Origin: Candidatus Sumerlaeota bacterium | Lineage (GTDB): Bacteria > Sumerlaeota > T1SED10-198M | Reading direction: 5' to 3' | Length of the DNA: 25,715 nt | NCBI GenBank assembly: GCA_003554345.1 | Contig: PWGE01000009.1 | Location: 1-25,715, forward strand | Shown: piece by piece, positions 24,955-25,715 of the stretch | Position numbering within the stretch: the stretch's first letter is position 1 | How the letters are laid out: the number at the start of each line of letters is the position of its first letter | Translations under genes and position numbers: made by a program | Notes under the pieces: model-generated | Databases searched by the model: none | What the model was told of the DNA's origin: nothing | Seen by the model: only the letters and a program-made list of their open reading frames with translations

Positions 24955-25715
24955 TCAGGGGAAAGCACGGTGAAAATATTTATACGCCACTTGAAGGTTT
25001 TTTAAAGCAGGGGTGTTTTTTATGTTTATAAGATGAGTAGTGCCTAACCAGTTATCAGTCAGGATTTCACGGGCTGCTGCTTCTTCTTCTGTGTCTTTCC
25101 TTTCAAGGTAATATTGCAGATGGGTATAAATAAGTGCCACTCTTCTTTGAGACAGGTCAGTCAAATATGGGGCTTCGTGTTCTGTTTTAAGAATTGTTTC
25201 AATACTTTGTAAAAGATTGAACCAGGGATAATGGATAGAACGTGTGGATAGAGTACGGGCAAAATTCTCGACTTGCCTGTAACTGGATTCTCGCATGTCT
25301 ACCATCATTGTAGAGAAAGGTTGTGAAAGAAAGAGAAATTGAAAAAAGTCATCTATAGAATGCTCGGCTTGTCGAAAGTATTCCGGTTTTATTTGCAATC
25401 CCATTAAGGTGTGAGGCGGCACAGAGGGTTCGATATCGGCAAAATGCTCGAAAAGAGACCTAAGAGACCGGAAGGTAAAAAGAAATTCAATGTCATCTAT
25501 CTGTTCACTCCAATAAATATAGTCCTGGTAATAAGGGTTTTGATAAGGAGGATAATCGGCAATTATATCTATAAGAAAGGGGTATGATTCAGGTATATTT
25601 GTTGCCAGCCTGAGATATTGAATGAAATTCTGCAGGGAATGGTTATAGAACAGGGTTTGTCGGGCCAGACTTCGTGGGTCGTCTTCCCTATCGTCTACAT
25701 TGAGAGCCAACCCGT
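24955..25715 (-). CDS. Hypothetical protein, C-terminal part (5' end lies beyond the window)
   Basis: Frame stays open to the window edge (the TTG at 25710 is probably internal); helical, aromatic-rich; no motif recognised. Confidence 0.65.
   Translation of the reverse strand, partial: GLALNVDDREDDPRSLARQTLFYNHSLQNFIQYLRLATNIPESYPFLIDIIADYPPYQNPYYQDYIYWSEQIDDIEFLFTFRSLRSLFEHFADIEPSVPPHTLMGLQIKPEYFRQAEHSIDDFFQFLFLSQPFSTMMVDMRESSYRQVENFARTLSTRSIHYPWFNLLQSIETILKTEHEAPYLTDLSQRRVALIYTHLQYYLERKDTEEEAAAREILTDNWLGTTHLINIKNTPALKNLQVAYKYFHRAFP

Noticed and set aside
1-25715. CRISPR arrays, tRNA/rRNA genes, transposases/integrases, defence systems, recoded stop codons
   Set aside because: No repeat-spacer pattern, RNA gene signature or mobile-element motif was seen, and all recognised genes are intact in the standard code. 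The other short track ORFs overlap real genes and were treated as spurious.

Overview
Gene-dense window from an unidentified bacterium, probably diderm (SurA-like proteins, lipoproteins, a sigma54 promoter). I found no tRNA/rRNA, CRISPR array or mobile element. Four blocks. (1) Minus strand, 1-5224: a translationally coupled htrA-moxR-DUF58-membrane protein-VWA (BatA-like) operon behind a perfect sigma54 -24/-12 promoter. (2) Plus strand, 5300-13174: a sigma70 promoter and LacI-like palindrome, PfkB kinase, Na+/solute symporter with a ~110-aa insertion, terminator, YhaM exoribonuclease, two degenerate parvulin/SurA-like foldases, and an orphan OppD/OppF ATPase pair. (3) Minus strand, 13224-22886: a separately promoted ArnT/GT-C-like protein, plus a tightly packed run of rpmB, sugar-binding lipoprotein, DUF4388 protein, receiver/helical-repeat/TM protein, GT-C glycosyltransferase, radical SAM enzyme and a secreted orphan. 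(4) Minus strand, 22992-25715: a ThrRS-N/uridine kinase fusion and a truncated unknown ORF. The best candidates for undescribed systems are the DUF4388 + membrane-anchored RomR/PopZ-like receiver pair (possible cell-pole scaffold module linked to envelope-modifying enzymes) and the sigma54-driven HtrA-MoxR-VWA envelope quality-control operon. All family assignments come from motif recognition by eye; no database searches were run.
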